The translations under genes were made by a program, and so were the position numbers. 64,000 bases of DNA from Cyanobacteria bacterium P01_D01_bin.156 (GTDB lineage: Bacteria > Cyanobacteriota > Cyanobacteriia > Phormidesmidales > Phormidesmidaceae), in the NCBI GenBank assembly GCA_039024555.1, contig JBCCQQ010000023.1:1-64000 (forward strand), read 5' to 3'. The notes below the pieces were generated by a model. That model made no database searches. It was not told where the DNA came from and worked only from the letters and a program-made list of their open reading frames with translations. Shown here in pieces: positions 1 to 9,624 of the stretch; the first letter of the stretch is position 1, and each line of letters begins with the position of its first letter.

Positions 1-1
1 G

Positions 2-145
2 CTTTTTGACCACCCTTTTCCAGATGTATTCGAATGGATGCTCGAGCATATTGGTGATTTACCGATGCCCCGGAAGTCATCTAAAGCACAAAAGATGAAT
101 CCCTCATACGCAAATGGTTTTGCGGCTTAAGTTGGTACCCGCCTG
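2..145 (+). mobile_element. Probable right end of an insertion sequence (transposase C-terminus plus terminal inverted repeat), IS4-like
   Basis: An open frame runs from the window edge (LFDHPFPDVFEWML...NGFAA*, stop at 128-130). Its stop overlaps GCTTAAGTTGGTACC, which resembles cyanobacterial IS4-type ends. The opposite-strand SIMPL frame loses similarity at about this point. Confidence 0.5.
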
Positions 146-272
146 TTACAGTTAAAATGCGATTTGAAGTTGTGTCTTGTGCCGTAGCAGGAAATTGGCC
201 AACTGTCATTAGGACAACGATAGCCAAGAACCAGGGTAATAGTCGTTGAATGTGTTTTGTTAGAGGTGTCAT
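140..272 (-). pseudogene. N-terminal fragment of a SIMPL/DUF541-family secreted protein, interrupted
   Basis: Signal peptide (PATA-Q) followed by RILTVTG, the typical first strand of SIMPL domains, then unrelated sequence and an early stop. Confidence 0.55.
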
Positions 273-594
273 AGATATTCAAGAAGCTCCTTAAAGGGTG
301 ATTCCATAGTATTGTGCTAATTTCTGTATAAATATTTCTGGATACTTGTCAAGTATCTGACTAATACGTGTTCAGCTATTGTTTAGAGTTGTAAGTATTC
401 CTCAGGCAACAGAAATCTTAACGTACAGAGACCCTTTGGTAGTCAATGATACATTGACCTGCCTGCAAGAATTCCGATCTCTTTTTAATACCTGGCATCT
501 TACCCCCTGAGATATAGATGACTAGGTTTCTTCCCCCTCTTCCTCAAAGTTAGACTGCTTGTAACAATAGGCTATGGCGTAACAAACAACGAAT

Positions 595-2790
595 ATGGCC
601 GGTTTAGAATTGTTGGCAGAGCCAGTTGCAGAAGGAATTGCCAGCTTTGCCTTAGAGCTTTTACCTAAAGTCAGCAGTAAAGCTTTGGCTGATGTGCAAA
701 ACATATTTTTCAACGCTTCACAAAAATATGTTCATACCTATCGAAAACGTCACTGTCAGCTAAAGGTCTTGGGAATGCGCGAACCAGTTGATCTGGCTAG
801 GGTTTATACGGGAGTTAAATTTCTTGATGAGAATGATATTCTCGGGTTTGAAACTCCCCAAGCACTAGAAAAACAGTATCGGCAAACGCGTTTTCGACGC
901 TATCGTGGGCGTCGTAGTGATGAGGGTAAACGTTCAGGAATCGATGTTGCGAATGAAAAACAATTTTTAATGGTGCTAGGAGGCCCAGGAGCTGGTAAAT
1001 CTACATTTTTGCGTAAGCTAGGGCTTGAAGCGTTGCGGACATTTCATTATGAAAAAACGTCTTATCGACATCGTACGATTCCTGTCTTGTTAGAACTTAA
1101 ACGTTTTGAAGATGATGATATTGATATTACGGTACTCATTGCGGAGGAGTTTGGGCACTGTGGTTTTCCTGCTCCGACTGAATTTGTTGTTCAGGCGCTT
1201 AAGCAAGGCAAATTACTGATTGTGTTGGATGGCCTAGATGAAGTGCCAGCGGCTAATTTAGATAATGTGATTTGCGCTATTCAAGATTTTGTAGATCAGT
1301 ACGATCAAAATCGGTTTATTGCCTCCTGTCGTACAGCCGCCTACCATGGTGGATTTACTCGATTTAGTGATGTGGGGATGGCCGATTTTGATGATGAGCA
1401 AATCGAACAATTTATTGGTAATTGGTTCAGTAGTGAGCAGGATGCTGAACGACAAACTGGCAAGAAGTGTTGGGAGATTTTACAAGATGTAAAGAACAAG
1501 GCTGCGAAAGAATTAGCCCATACACCATTGTTGTTAACATTCCTATGCCTTGTGTATGACCGTTCTCAAAGATTTCCAGCTAATCGTAGTAGCCTATATC
1601 AGAGAGCATTGCGAATTCTTTTAGAGGAGTGGGCGTCAGAAAAACGTATTAATCGTGACAAGATCTATGAAGGGTTAAATATTGAGTTAGAAGAAGGCTT
1701 ACTATCAGAGATTGCTTATCTTGGATTCGATGCCGATCAGCTTTTTTTCTCACGGAGAGAGCTAACAGCTCATATTAAAGATTTTCTTGCAAGTAATTTA
1801 AATGTTCCAAAAACCCTTGATGGAGAAGCTGTTTTGCATGCTATTGAGGTCCAGCAGGGGATTTTGGTAGAGCGTGCAGAAGATGCTTATTCTTTTTCTC
1901 ATTTGACGCTGCAAGAATATCTTACAGCTCAATATTTGGCAGACAATAATCAGTGGGAATATATTATCGCTAGCTATGTTATGGAGAGGCGCTGGCGTGA
2001 GGTTCTATTGCTCGCGCCTGGGTTGTTAACTGGAAAGCAAGGGGCTAATGCGTTTTTATTGTTGTTAGAACGAAGGGCTAATCAATGTTTAAAGTCTGGA
2101 AAATTGTGTCGTCTCATCCAGTGGGCAACGGATGTGACGCAGATTTCTCCGAGTCCTTTGATGCCAGTGGTTAAACGGTTAGCTGCAATTTATTTAGCTT
2201 TGGCTCTAAATCGTGAACTCAATCATGATCTGGCCCGTACCTGTACCTTGGAGCGTGCGCGTACTTTAGCGATGGTGTTGGATCCGACCCATGCTGACGC
2301 TATAGATGTAAATCTGGCGCGTACTTTGGACTTGCATCATCAACCTACCCGCGAGCAAGTATTAGATTTGGAATCTGCTCGGGCAATAGCTCGGGGCATT
2401 ACATTGGCGAAACGATTTGCTCGGTTAAATATTGTCGCTTCTGTAAATTGCCTGGAGTTGATTAAAGCACTGCAGCAACTTAAGGCTAGAGTGCCAACCC
2501 GTGAGTCTCCGCCAACGTACAAACAAATTTTTCAAACTAAAGTTTTGCAGCTCTGGTTCAATGCTCTAGGTATTTCCACTGAGAATTGGCCGCTATTACC
2601 CACTGAAGCTCAGGACTTGGCTGATTACTTTTATATCTGTGAACTGATAGTGCGTTGTAAGGAAGCTGCTGTGCGTGTGTCCCCTCATATTTGGACAACG
2701 ATTATGGAGCGGATGGTAACGGTACATCCTTCCTTTGTGCAGAAGGATACGTTTGAGGGGCGACTGACTAGACAGCTGGCCCTAGTTTGA
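595..2790 (+). CDS. NACHT-domain (STAND) NTPase
   Basis: Walker A GGPGAGKST, Walker B LLIVLDGLDEV, ASCR sensor, TPLLL and YSFSHLTLQEYLTA motifs, and a helical C-terminus with LART-like repeats. Confidence 0.9.
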   Translation: MAGLELLAEPVAEGIASFALELLPKVSSKALADVQNIFFNASQKYVHTYRKRHCQLKVLGMREPVDLARVYTGVKFLDENDILGFETPQALEKQYRQTRFRRYRGRRSDEGKRSGIDVANEKQFLMVLGGPGAGKSTFLRKLGLEALRTFHYEKTSYRHRTIPVLLELKRFEDDDIDITVLIAEEFGHCGFPAPTEFVVQALKQGKLLIVLDGLDEVPAANLDNVICAIQDFVDQYDQNRFIASCRTAAYHGGFTRFSDVGMADFDDEQIEQFIGNWFSSEQDAERQTGKKCWEILQDVKNKAAKELAHTPLLLTFLCLVYDRSQRFPANRSSLYQRALRILLEEWASEKRINRDKIYEGLNIELEEGLLSEIAYLGFDADQLFFSRRELTAHIKDFLASNLNVPKTLDGEAVLHAIEVQQGILVERAEDAYSFSHLTLQEYLTAQYLADNNQWEYIIASYVMERRWREVLLLAPGLLTGKQGANAFLLLLERRANQCLKSGKLCRLIQWATDVTQISPSPLMPVVKRLAAIYLALALNRELNHDLARTCTLERARTLAMVLDPTHADAIDVNLARTLDLHHQPTREQVLDLESARAIARGITLAKRFARLNIVASVNCLELIKALQQLKARVPTRESPPTYKQIFQTKVLQLWFNALGISTENWPLLPTEAQDLADYFYICELIVRCKEAAVRVSPHIWTTIMERMVTVHPSFVQKDTFEGRLTRQLALV

Positions 2791-2814
2791 TAATGATTTA
2801 CCGTTGATAAACTT

Positions 2815-2850
2815 ACCCCTCGACTAGACTCTAATTCTGGCCGAGGGGTG
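2815..2850. terminator. Hairpin between the convergent NACHT gene and glmS
   Basis: ACCCCTCG...CGAGGGGT inverted repeat. Confidence 0.6.
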
Positions 2851-2888
2851 TTAGTAAATTGCAACTTACTGACCTTTGAGCAAGGCGG

Positions 2889-4787
2889 TTATTCAACGGT
2901 GACTGACTTTGCCAGGTTACGGGGCTGATCTACGTCTAAGCCACGACGTGCGGCAATGTGATACGACAACAGTTGTAGTGGTAGGACGGTAAGCATCGGC
3001 GATAATAGCTCATCCACCGTAGGGACAGGTAAAAGGGTATCAAATGTGTGTTCTGCTTCTGGATCGTTCGCTGGTGCTACACCGATCAGCCGAGCATCTC
3101 TGGCTTTAGCTTCTTGAGCGTTAGACAGAACCTTGTCGTAAACGGTGCCAGGTACTGCGATCGCAACCACCGGTACCTTCTCATCTAATAACGCAATGGG
3201 GCCATGCTTCATTTCCCCAGCTGGATACCCTTCCGCATGGATATAGCTAATTTCCTTGAGTTTAAGTGCCCCTTCTAAAGCAATGGGATAGTTAACACCC
3301 CGGCCAATAAAGATAAAGTCCTGAGTGTTTGTAAATTCGTGGGCGAGCTCTTCTGTATAGCCCTCTTGCTTCTCAATCACATGCTCCATCTGCGTGGGGA
3401 GCTGTCGCATCGCATCAATGATTTCGGCTAGCTCCTTGACAGATAGGGTTTTACGCTGATAGGCCAGCTCCAATGCGAGGAAATAAAACGCCATTAGCTG
3501 AGCCACAAAGGTTTTAGTCGCTGCTACACCAATTTCAATACCCGCATGGGTCGCTACAACATTGGGGACTAGTCGACCCAACGAACTTTCAGGCCGGTTG
3601 GTAATGCCCAGCATACGTGGGGCAAAGGCCGGTTGGTTAGCTGCTGCACGTCGCGTTTGCTCCATTTCCAGAGCAGCCAATGTATCGGCAGTTTCTCCAG
3701 ATTGTGTAACCCCGATGGTCAAAGCATTGGTAATCATTGGGGTGGCCGAGTAGCGAAACTCAGATGCATAGTGCACCACTGTAGGAATACCGGCTAGTTT
3801 CTCTAGTAGATGTTTACCCACTAAGCTTGCGTGCCAGCTTGTACCACAGGCCAGTATTTGGATATGCTCCACGCCATTGAGTAAAGTCTGGTCCAGGCCC
3901 AGATTGATGGGAGAATTTTCACTGTCCGCAGTCCAATCTGCGACCAAATAGGTTTCTAGACTTGTGCGAACCACACCAGGCTGCTCGTGAATTTCCTTAA
4001 GCATAAAGTGCTTAAAACCCTGCTTTTCCACCATGGTGGGGCTGATGCTCAGGGTGATGGGATGTTTTTTGAGTCGTCGGCCTGTGAAATCGTAGATAGC
4101 GGCGCCTAAAGGGGTGAGCATGGCTAGCTCACCATTCTCTAATGGCAGCACCGCCCGAGTGTGGGAGACAATGGCGGGGGTATCCGAGGCACAGAAAAAC
4201 TCACCCTGGCCAAAACCAATGGCTAAGGGGGCTTGTTGCCTTACCACGATTAACTCATCAGGAAAATCTGCACTAACTACTGCTAGGGCAAAGGCTCCAT
4301 CTAAATCATTCACTGCCTGACGTACTGCTTCTAGCAGCGTAGATTCATGCACTAATGGACCGTCCACCCCCTTGGACAGATAGTCTGCAATCAGGTGGGG
4401 GATGACTTCTGTGTCCGTTTCCGATTGAAACTCATACCCCTTAGCTATCAGTTCTTCCCGCAGCTCTCGATAGTTTTCAACAATGCCGTTTTGGACCACC
4501 GCTAAACGTCCGGAGCCATCGGTGTGTGGGTGGGCGTTATGTTCCTCTGGTTTGCCGTGGGTGGCCCAACGGGTATGGCCAATGCCAACACGGGCTGGAT
4601 CTTCTAGACCATCGAGCTTATCTTGAAGATTTTGTAATTTACCCTTGGCTCGTACACGATTGAGTTGACCTTCACACAGAGTGGCAATACCTGCAGAGTC
4701 GTAACCGCGATATTCCAGCTTGCGGAGCCCTTCTACCAGAATATTGCTGGCAGTTCGAGTGCCAATGTAGCCTACGATTCCACACAT
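2889..4787 (-). CDS. glmS: Glutamine--fructose-6-phosphate aminotransferase
   Basis: N-terminal MCGIVG, GHTRWATHG, SIS domains and C-terminal PRNLAKSVTVE. Confidence 0.99.
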   Translation of the reverse strand: MCGIVGYIGTRTASNILVEGLRKLEYRGYDSAGIATLCEGQLNRVRAKGKLQNLQDKLDGLEDPARVGIGHTRWATHGKPEEHNAHPHTDGSGRLAVVQNGIVENYRELREELIAKGYEFQSETDTEVIPHLIADYLSKGVDGPLVHESTLLEAVRQAVNDLDGAFALAVVSADFPDELIVVRQQAPLAIGFGQGEFFCASDTPAIVSHTRAVLPLENGELAMLTPLGAAIYDFTGRRLKKHPITLSISPTMVEKQGFKHFMLKEIHEQPGVVRTSLETYLVADWTADSENSPINLGLDQTLLNGVEHIQILACGTSWHASLVGKHLLEKLAGIPTVVHYASEFRYSATPMITNALTIGVTQSGETADTLAALEMEQTRRAAANQPAFAPRMLGITNRPESSLGRLVPNVVATHAGIEIGVAATKTFVAQLMAFYFLALELAYQRKTLSVKELAEIIDAMRQLPTQMEHVIEKQEGYTEELAHEFTNTQDFIFIGRGVNYPIALEGALKLKEISYIHAEGYPAGEMKHGPIALLDEKVPVVAIAVPGTVYDKVLSNAQEAKARDARLIGVAPANDPEAEHTFDTLLPVPTVDELLSPMLTVLPLQLLSYHIAARRGLDVDQPRNLAKSVTVE

Positions 4788-5195
4788 ATGATGTCTCCTT
4801 TAAGTGCTAGCTGAATCACGGTAGTCATTAATTATGACGTTGCCAACGTGGGCTCTGATTCCAGCTAATCAAAATTGGCTGTATCCAGTTTTCAAGATGG
4901 CTTTACGCTCTAAATTGATGACAATATCAAGTTTTCTTAGATGAAATAAATGAAGCTAAGGCAGCCATTGGACTACCTAAACTTAAAAATTAGTCGTCGT
5001 CAACAATAGGTCGATTGTTACCGTCTGGTTAGCAAACACCTGTTGTCAGGACTACCATTGGTTGCCAAGTTCCTTGAAATTTACGTAAAAACCAACGTTA
5101 TCAAACGTTGATGAAGTCAACGCGATGACCAAAGTTCCTGATGGCGTTAACATCTGGCTACTAATGGAATAGCGTAAAATGCCATCAGGCCGTTA

Positions 5196-6011
5196 ATGCG
5201 TTTTTTTGTCACCCCTATGGTTGCCACCTTGCCCTCTAAAAATGCCAAAAAGTTAGAAGCGCGTCTGCGAGGTTTAGCGGGTAAAGCAATTCATGACTAC
5301 GCCATGATCGAAGCAGGCGACAAGATAATGGTGTGCCTATCAGGGGGAAAGGATTCTTACACCATGCTGTCGCTGTTGATGTCTTTGCAGCGTAGTGCAC
5401 CTATTAACTTCGAGCTGCTGGCGGTAAATCTTGATCAGAAGCAGCCAGACTTTCCAGAACATGTTCTGCCAGAGTATTTAGAATCGGTGGGGGTGCCCTA
5501 TCGCATTGTGGAAGAAGATACCTACAGCACAGTCACTCGGATTATTCCTGAAGGAAAAACCATGTGTGGCCTGTGCTCTCGTCTGCGGCGAGGGATTTTA
5601 TATCGGGTAGCTAGTGAAGAAGGCGCGACTAAAATTGCCCTGGGCCACCACCGTGATGACATTGTGGAAACCCTCTTCCTTAATATGTTCCATGGTGGTC
5701 GCTTAAAAGCAATGCCGCCTAAGCTACGTACCGATGATGGCAAGCATATCGTTATTCGGCCACTGGCTTACTGCCCAGAAAATGATATTGCTCGCTATGC
5801 ACGCTATCGGGAGTTTCCAATCATTCCCTGTAACCTATGTGGATCTCAGGAAAATCTACAGCGAGCCAGTATTAAACGTATGCTGCAGCAATGGGAAGTG
5901 GAATTTCCTGGACGTACTGAGAGCCTGTTTCGCAGTATTCAAAATGTTTCGCCTTCGCACCTTGCAGATATGAGTTTGTTTGATTTTCAAGGACTCACGA
6001 GTAAAAAATGA
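5196..6011 (+). CDS. ttcA: tRNA 2-thiocytidine(32) synthetase (start may be 5217)
   Basis: PP-loop [22 protein letters not shown] and [10 protein letters not shown]. Confidence 0.95.
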   Translation: MRFFVTPMVATLPSKNAKKLEARLRGLAGKAIHDYAMIEAGDKIMVCLSGGKDSYTMLSLLMSLQRSAPINFELLAVNLDQKQPDFPEHVLPEYLESVGVPYRIVEEDTYSTVTRIIPEGKTMCGLCSRLRRGILYRVASEEGATKIALGHHRDDIVETLFLNMFHGGRLKAMPPKLRTDDGKHIVIRPLAYCPENDIARYARYREFPIIPCNLCGSQENLQRASIKRMLQQWEVEFPGRTESLFRSIQNVSPSHLADMSLFDFQGLTSKK

Positions 6012-6043
6012 AAGAGCCGTTACGAATATAACGGCTCTTTCAT
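6008..6043. terminator. Bidirectional terminator-like hairpin
   Basis: Perfect ATGAAAGAGCCGTTA / TAACGGCTCTTTCAT repeat between convergent genes. Confidence 0.8.
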
Positions 6044-6076
6044 TTCCATCTGCATTTGCTAATAACAGATAGGCAG

Positions 6077-6619
6077 TTAGGAATTCACTGCTGATGTTTC
6101 GCGAGTAGAGGCTGCTAGACTCTTCTCCAACTTCATAATTTGCTTTGATTTTGCAGATAGAGCGTTGGCATTTAACCACTGGGTGATCAGTGCATCAATA
6201 GAGAATAATCCAGCACCATTGATGGTGAAGAATAAGAATATAGATGCATAGATGGCGGATAGCTCAAGATAAGGCAGGCTCAAACCAGCTACCTTGATGT
6301 GGTGGTACATAGCTACGCACATTGTGCCAAAGAGCCCCAATGCTGCTGGACGAGTGAGCAAACCGAAGGCGACCAGAGGTGCACCAATAAGTTCGGTATA
6401 CGCGGCGATGTAGCTCAGAAAAATTGGAAAGGGTAACCCCAGGTAAGCAACGTAAGCTTGGGCAAAGCTCTCAATATCTGCCAGCTTGTCAAAGCCGTTG
6501 TGCACCATCATGATGCCTACAGTCACTCTAACGATTGCCAGAGAGGTCTGTGCCGCTAGGTTGAGATTTACATTGGGATTAAAAAGAGAAACCAGGGAGA
6601 ACTTAGCAGCCATAGCCAA
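6077..6619 (-). CDS. DoxX family membrane protein
   Basis: RVTVGIMMVHNGFDKL, ELIG..LVAFGLLTRPAA and GAGLFSIDA. Confidence 0.9.
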   Translation of the reverse strand: MAMAAKFSLVSLFNPNVNLNLAAQTSLAIVRVTVGIMMVHNGFDKLADIESFAQAYVAYLGLPFPIFLSYIAAYTELIGAPLVAFGLLTRPAALGLFGTMCVAMYHHIKVAGLSLPYLELSAIYASIFLFFTINGAGLFSIDALITQWLNANALSAKSKQIMKLEKSLAASTRETSAVNS

Positions 6620-6646
6620 AAAACGAGTTTAATTATTGAACATGTA

Positions 6647-6664
6647 TATGTTAAATATTGTAAC
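6647..6664 (-). promoter_or_regulatory. HLR1-like (RpaB) direct repeat upstream of the DoxX gene
   Basis: Minus strand reads GTTACAAT-AT-TTAACATA; HLR1 consensus is (G/T)TTACA(T/A)(T/A)-N2-(G/T)TTACA(T/A)(T/A). Confidence 0.5.
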
Positions 6665-6734
6665 CAATTTATTAAGAAAAGTAATGAGGCTTAGATGACA
6701 TATCTGTAGCCAACTTCTTTCAGCACTGCTGCAG

Positions 6735-7463
6735 CTATAGGTCAAGAGCTTGTGCTATGGCTTGTTTGAAAATCTCAGGATGTTCCCACGGCACGCGATG
6801 TCCGGCATCTGGAATAGTGATGTGGGTAAGATTTGGACATGTTTGGGCGAGTAGTTGTCCAATTTGGCTGTAGTGTTGGTCGTCGCTGCCGGTGATATAA
6901 GTGATTGGTACTGCTAAATGGCTCAGTTGAGGCGTTAGATAATCCATGTGCCCCTTGGAGTAAGCTATGAAAGCGTGGGCGATATGATGCCGATTAAAGC
7001 CGCTTTCTTCTCGTACTGTGGTGCATGGGCGTCCGCCAAATACTGGTAAAGCATCCCATTCGGCCAACAGGTCATCCCAGGGCTCAGATAAAAAGCGGTT
7101 GGCCCAGATGCGATCGCGTTCTAAACTTTGCTTCTTTTTCTGAGGATCCGCATATCCAGGATGGGCTGCCACAATGATCGCCCCTGCCCAAAGGTGGGGA
7201 TTTGCCAGCAATGCATGTAGGGCTAATCTCCCACCCAGTGAGTACCCTAAAATGTAGTTCTGTTGGTTTGGGTTTGACTGGGTCACCTTGCGCACATATG
7301 TAGAAAAAGTGTCAGCCCATTCCCAGCAATTGCTCGCTAATGTTTCCCAAAGGCTAACAGATTGAATTGACAAAAACTTTCCTGTCTCTACCACGAAACA
7401 GGAAAAGGGAACCCAAACCGTAGGTTGCTGCAAGTTACCATGCAAGCACCATAGAACATTCAT
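6735..7463 (-). CDS. Alpha/beta hydrolase, MenH-like (SHCHC synthase-like)
   Basis: LHG oxyanion motif, GYSLGGRLAL nucleophile elbow and AGHRVPWE His motif. Confidence 0.75.
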   Translation of the reverse strand: MNVLWCLHGNLQQPTVWVPFSCFVVETGKFLSIQSVSLWETLASNCWEWADTFSTYVRKVTQSNPNQQNYILGYSLGGRLALHALLANPHLWAGAIIVAAHPGYADPQKKKQSLERDRIWANRFLSEPWDDLLAEWDALPVFGGRPCTTVREESGFNRHHIAHAFIAYSKGHMDYLTPQLSHLAVPITYITGSDDQHYSQIGQLLAQTCPNLTHITIPDAGHRVPWEHPEIFKQAIAQALDL

Positions 7464-7589
7464 GTCTAGTAGCCTTACAACTCACTACTCAGCTTGTAGA
7501 GCAAACGCATACTCGTGAAGTACGATACTGAATAAGCATCGCTTTATTCGATCTAAGCAAGGATTCAGTCAAACCATTTATGAGATTAC

Positions 7590-8040
7590 CTGATAACACA
7601 TTTTGAACCGCCCGAAGCTTCTCGAACCGCTTATCTAGTGAAGTATCCCATGTTAGATATTGTAGCTATGACCATCTGTTCAGTGATCTGTGGAGCGGGA
7701 ACCTAGGGAGAAATCAAAGTTCACGAGCATAGTAAAACGACTTGGCTCAAAACGTTTCTGAATTTGCTTAATGGGATGCCGTCTCATGACACGGTTACTA
7801 AAGTGTTTGCATTGTTAGAACTGGCTCAACTCCAAGAGTGTGTTTGGTCAGTTGGGGGAAGATCACTATTGACTATGTCTGGACTGCCGGATAGCCGCTC
7901 AGATTTTTAGTGAGTTTTTCAGCAAACCTTAGCTTAGATGTTGTCTTACACACAGATGACTCGCGTATTAGAGACGACCATGCCCCCGAGAAAATGACGA
8001 TCATTAGAAAGATTGTCCTCAACCTGTTTGCTAAAGCATC
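7590..8040 (+). pseudogene. Degenerate, internally deleted ISAs1-family transposase
   Basis: Frame from 7590 reads LITHFE...DIVAMTICSVICGAGT*GEI...WLKTFLNLLNGMPSHDTVTKVFA (ISAs1 N-terminus, TAG in place of Trp). A second frame gives LDVVLHTDDSRIRDDHAPEKMTIIRKIVLNL (ISAs1 C-terminus). Confidence 0.85.
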
Positions 8041-8151
8041 TAGACAGCTAAATAGCTCAAAGCTTTATAGGGAGATACCTTTCTCGTTTTCGTCCTGTTC
8101 CCTTAAATATGTGTTTCTCCTATCTACTGCACTTAGTGAAAAATTGGCTAT

Positions 8152-9228
8152 CTACAGTCGCTTTTTAATGGCAGCAATTAAGTTAGGAAGCCGTTTAAGG
8201 TTAAAGAAAACCGCAAGAAATAACTTTACAGGTAGTATTATGTATTGAAAGAGAGGTCCAATGATACCCGGATTAGTGGATGCTAATTCATACCCATACT
8301 TCTCTAGGTTATCCTTGGTTATCTGTTGGCATAGATGCAGTTCCGTTTCACTTAATCCACCCTTTTTCCATTTCGAGACAGCACTCTTATCAATCCCTGT
8401 CTTTTTAGAATCAGCTATTTTGTGGGAAGATACTCCACCCTCACTTCGTGAAACATTGAGTAATGAATCGTCATACGGAATGTGGACAAAATTACAAATC
8501 ATCCTCAGTGTTTCTTCAGGTTTAACAATTAAATCTTCAAATTTAACTGTCATCACATTTTTATGACTCGAACCTTGTTCTCCTGCTCTAATTGAGGAAT
8601 TCCAAAGTTTAGAAGTTGTTACTGGATGATAATTGAACCAGGCCCGCATTGCTTCTCGGTATGGGATATTTGTAGCACCTAGGAAACGAATTCTCCATTT
8701 ATATTTCTGAGATAATAATACATCGCGAGGATCTCGCACCATATTAATTATTTTACTGTCAGGAAACGCTTCTAAAATTTCATTGATGTAAAAAACATTA
8801 GCAGGCGTTTGTTCACAAGAAATAGTTTTCTTCTGTTCAAATGTTTGACTTCTCAAAAAAAACTCAAACACGTTGGATAGTTCCCAACTATTTGATTCAT
8901 GTAGCTTTTTTAGTAGTTGATCAACCGTAATATCTGACTCTTTTTCATGTACTGGAGATAAAAAATCACCCCTTTGAATTGCCAGTAACTGCTGTAGTAT
9001 TTTTTTTGCCTGTGCTTGATTGCAGACTGTAGATAATTCTTTGCCAGCACAAAAATAATTGAAGAAATGTAGTTCTTCAAAGGTGAAAGCCACTGAGCTA
9101 CGACCCAATAGCTGTCCCATTAATGTTGTTCCGCTACGAGAGTTTCCAGCGATAAAAATGAACCGATGCTGTGTATCAGGGGCAGAATTAGCGGTACGGT
9201 CGCACTGTTTTTTGGTAAGAGAATTCAT
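8152..9228 (-). CDS. PAPS-dependent sulfotransferase
   Basis: 5'-PSB loop IAGNSRSGTTLM, 3'-PB motif MVRDPRDVLLS and VKFEDL. Confidence 0.9.
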   Translation of the reverse strand: MNSLTKKQCDRTANSAPDTQHRFIFIAGNSRSGTTLMGQLLGRSSVAFTFEELHFFNYFCAGKELSTVCNQAQAKKILQQLLAIQRGDFLSPVHEKESDITVDQLLKKLHESNSWELSNVFEFFLRSQTFEQKKTISCEQTPANVFYINEILEAFPDSKIINMVRDPRDVLLSQKYKWRIRFLGATNIPYREAMRAWFNYHPVTTSKLWNSSIRAGEQGSSHKNVMTVKFEDLIVKPEETLRMICNFVHIPYDDSLLNVSRSEGGVSSHKIADSKKTGIDKSAVSKWKKGGLSETELHLCQQITKDNLEKYGYELASTNPGIIGPLFQYIILPVKLFLAVFFNLKRLPNLIAAIKKRL

Positions 9229-9437
9229 GATAGATTCCTAAAATCATTTCTGTCACATTCAAAAAAATGCCCATTATTAGAATATTACCTATCTGGCTCA
9301 AGATTTCACGATGATGTGAATATTTGAATCTATTAAATTTAAGAATTTTAGATGAGCTTTAGATAGCCGTGAATACTTTTATAAATATTCGCATATATGA
9401 ATAGATGGACTTCTGTAAGTGTGCTGCTCGTAGCAGT

Positions 9438-9479
9438 TTGTTGAATACATAGAGTTATTGTTGAATACATAGAGTTATT
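9438..9479. repeat. Perfect 20-bp tandem duplication
   Basis: TTGTTGAATACATAGAGTTA x2. Confidence 0.9.
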
Positions 9480-9624
9480 AACTGTTTGTCAGACAGCAAA
9501 GCTCTAAACATATCGTCCTCACCTGCAAAGCAACAATGCAACAATCACTATTGCTTTGCTATATTTGAAAGTACCATTCCTGAGATAACTACAAAGTATT
9601 TAATGACGATATTAGGCTTTTAAT

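Noticed and set aside
4788..5195. glmS ribozyme upstream of glmS
   Set aside because: I could not find the conserved core or pseudoknot, and it is mainly a Firmicutes element.
7910..8248. 112-aa ORF as a real gene
   Set aside because: It is an ISAs1 C-terminal fragment running into unrelated sequence that overlaps the sulfotransferase.
9438..9479. CRISPR array
   Set aside because: Only two abutting copies with no spacers; no cas genes in the window.
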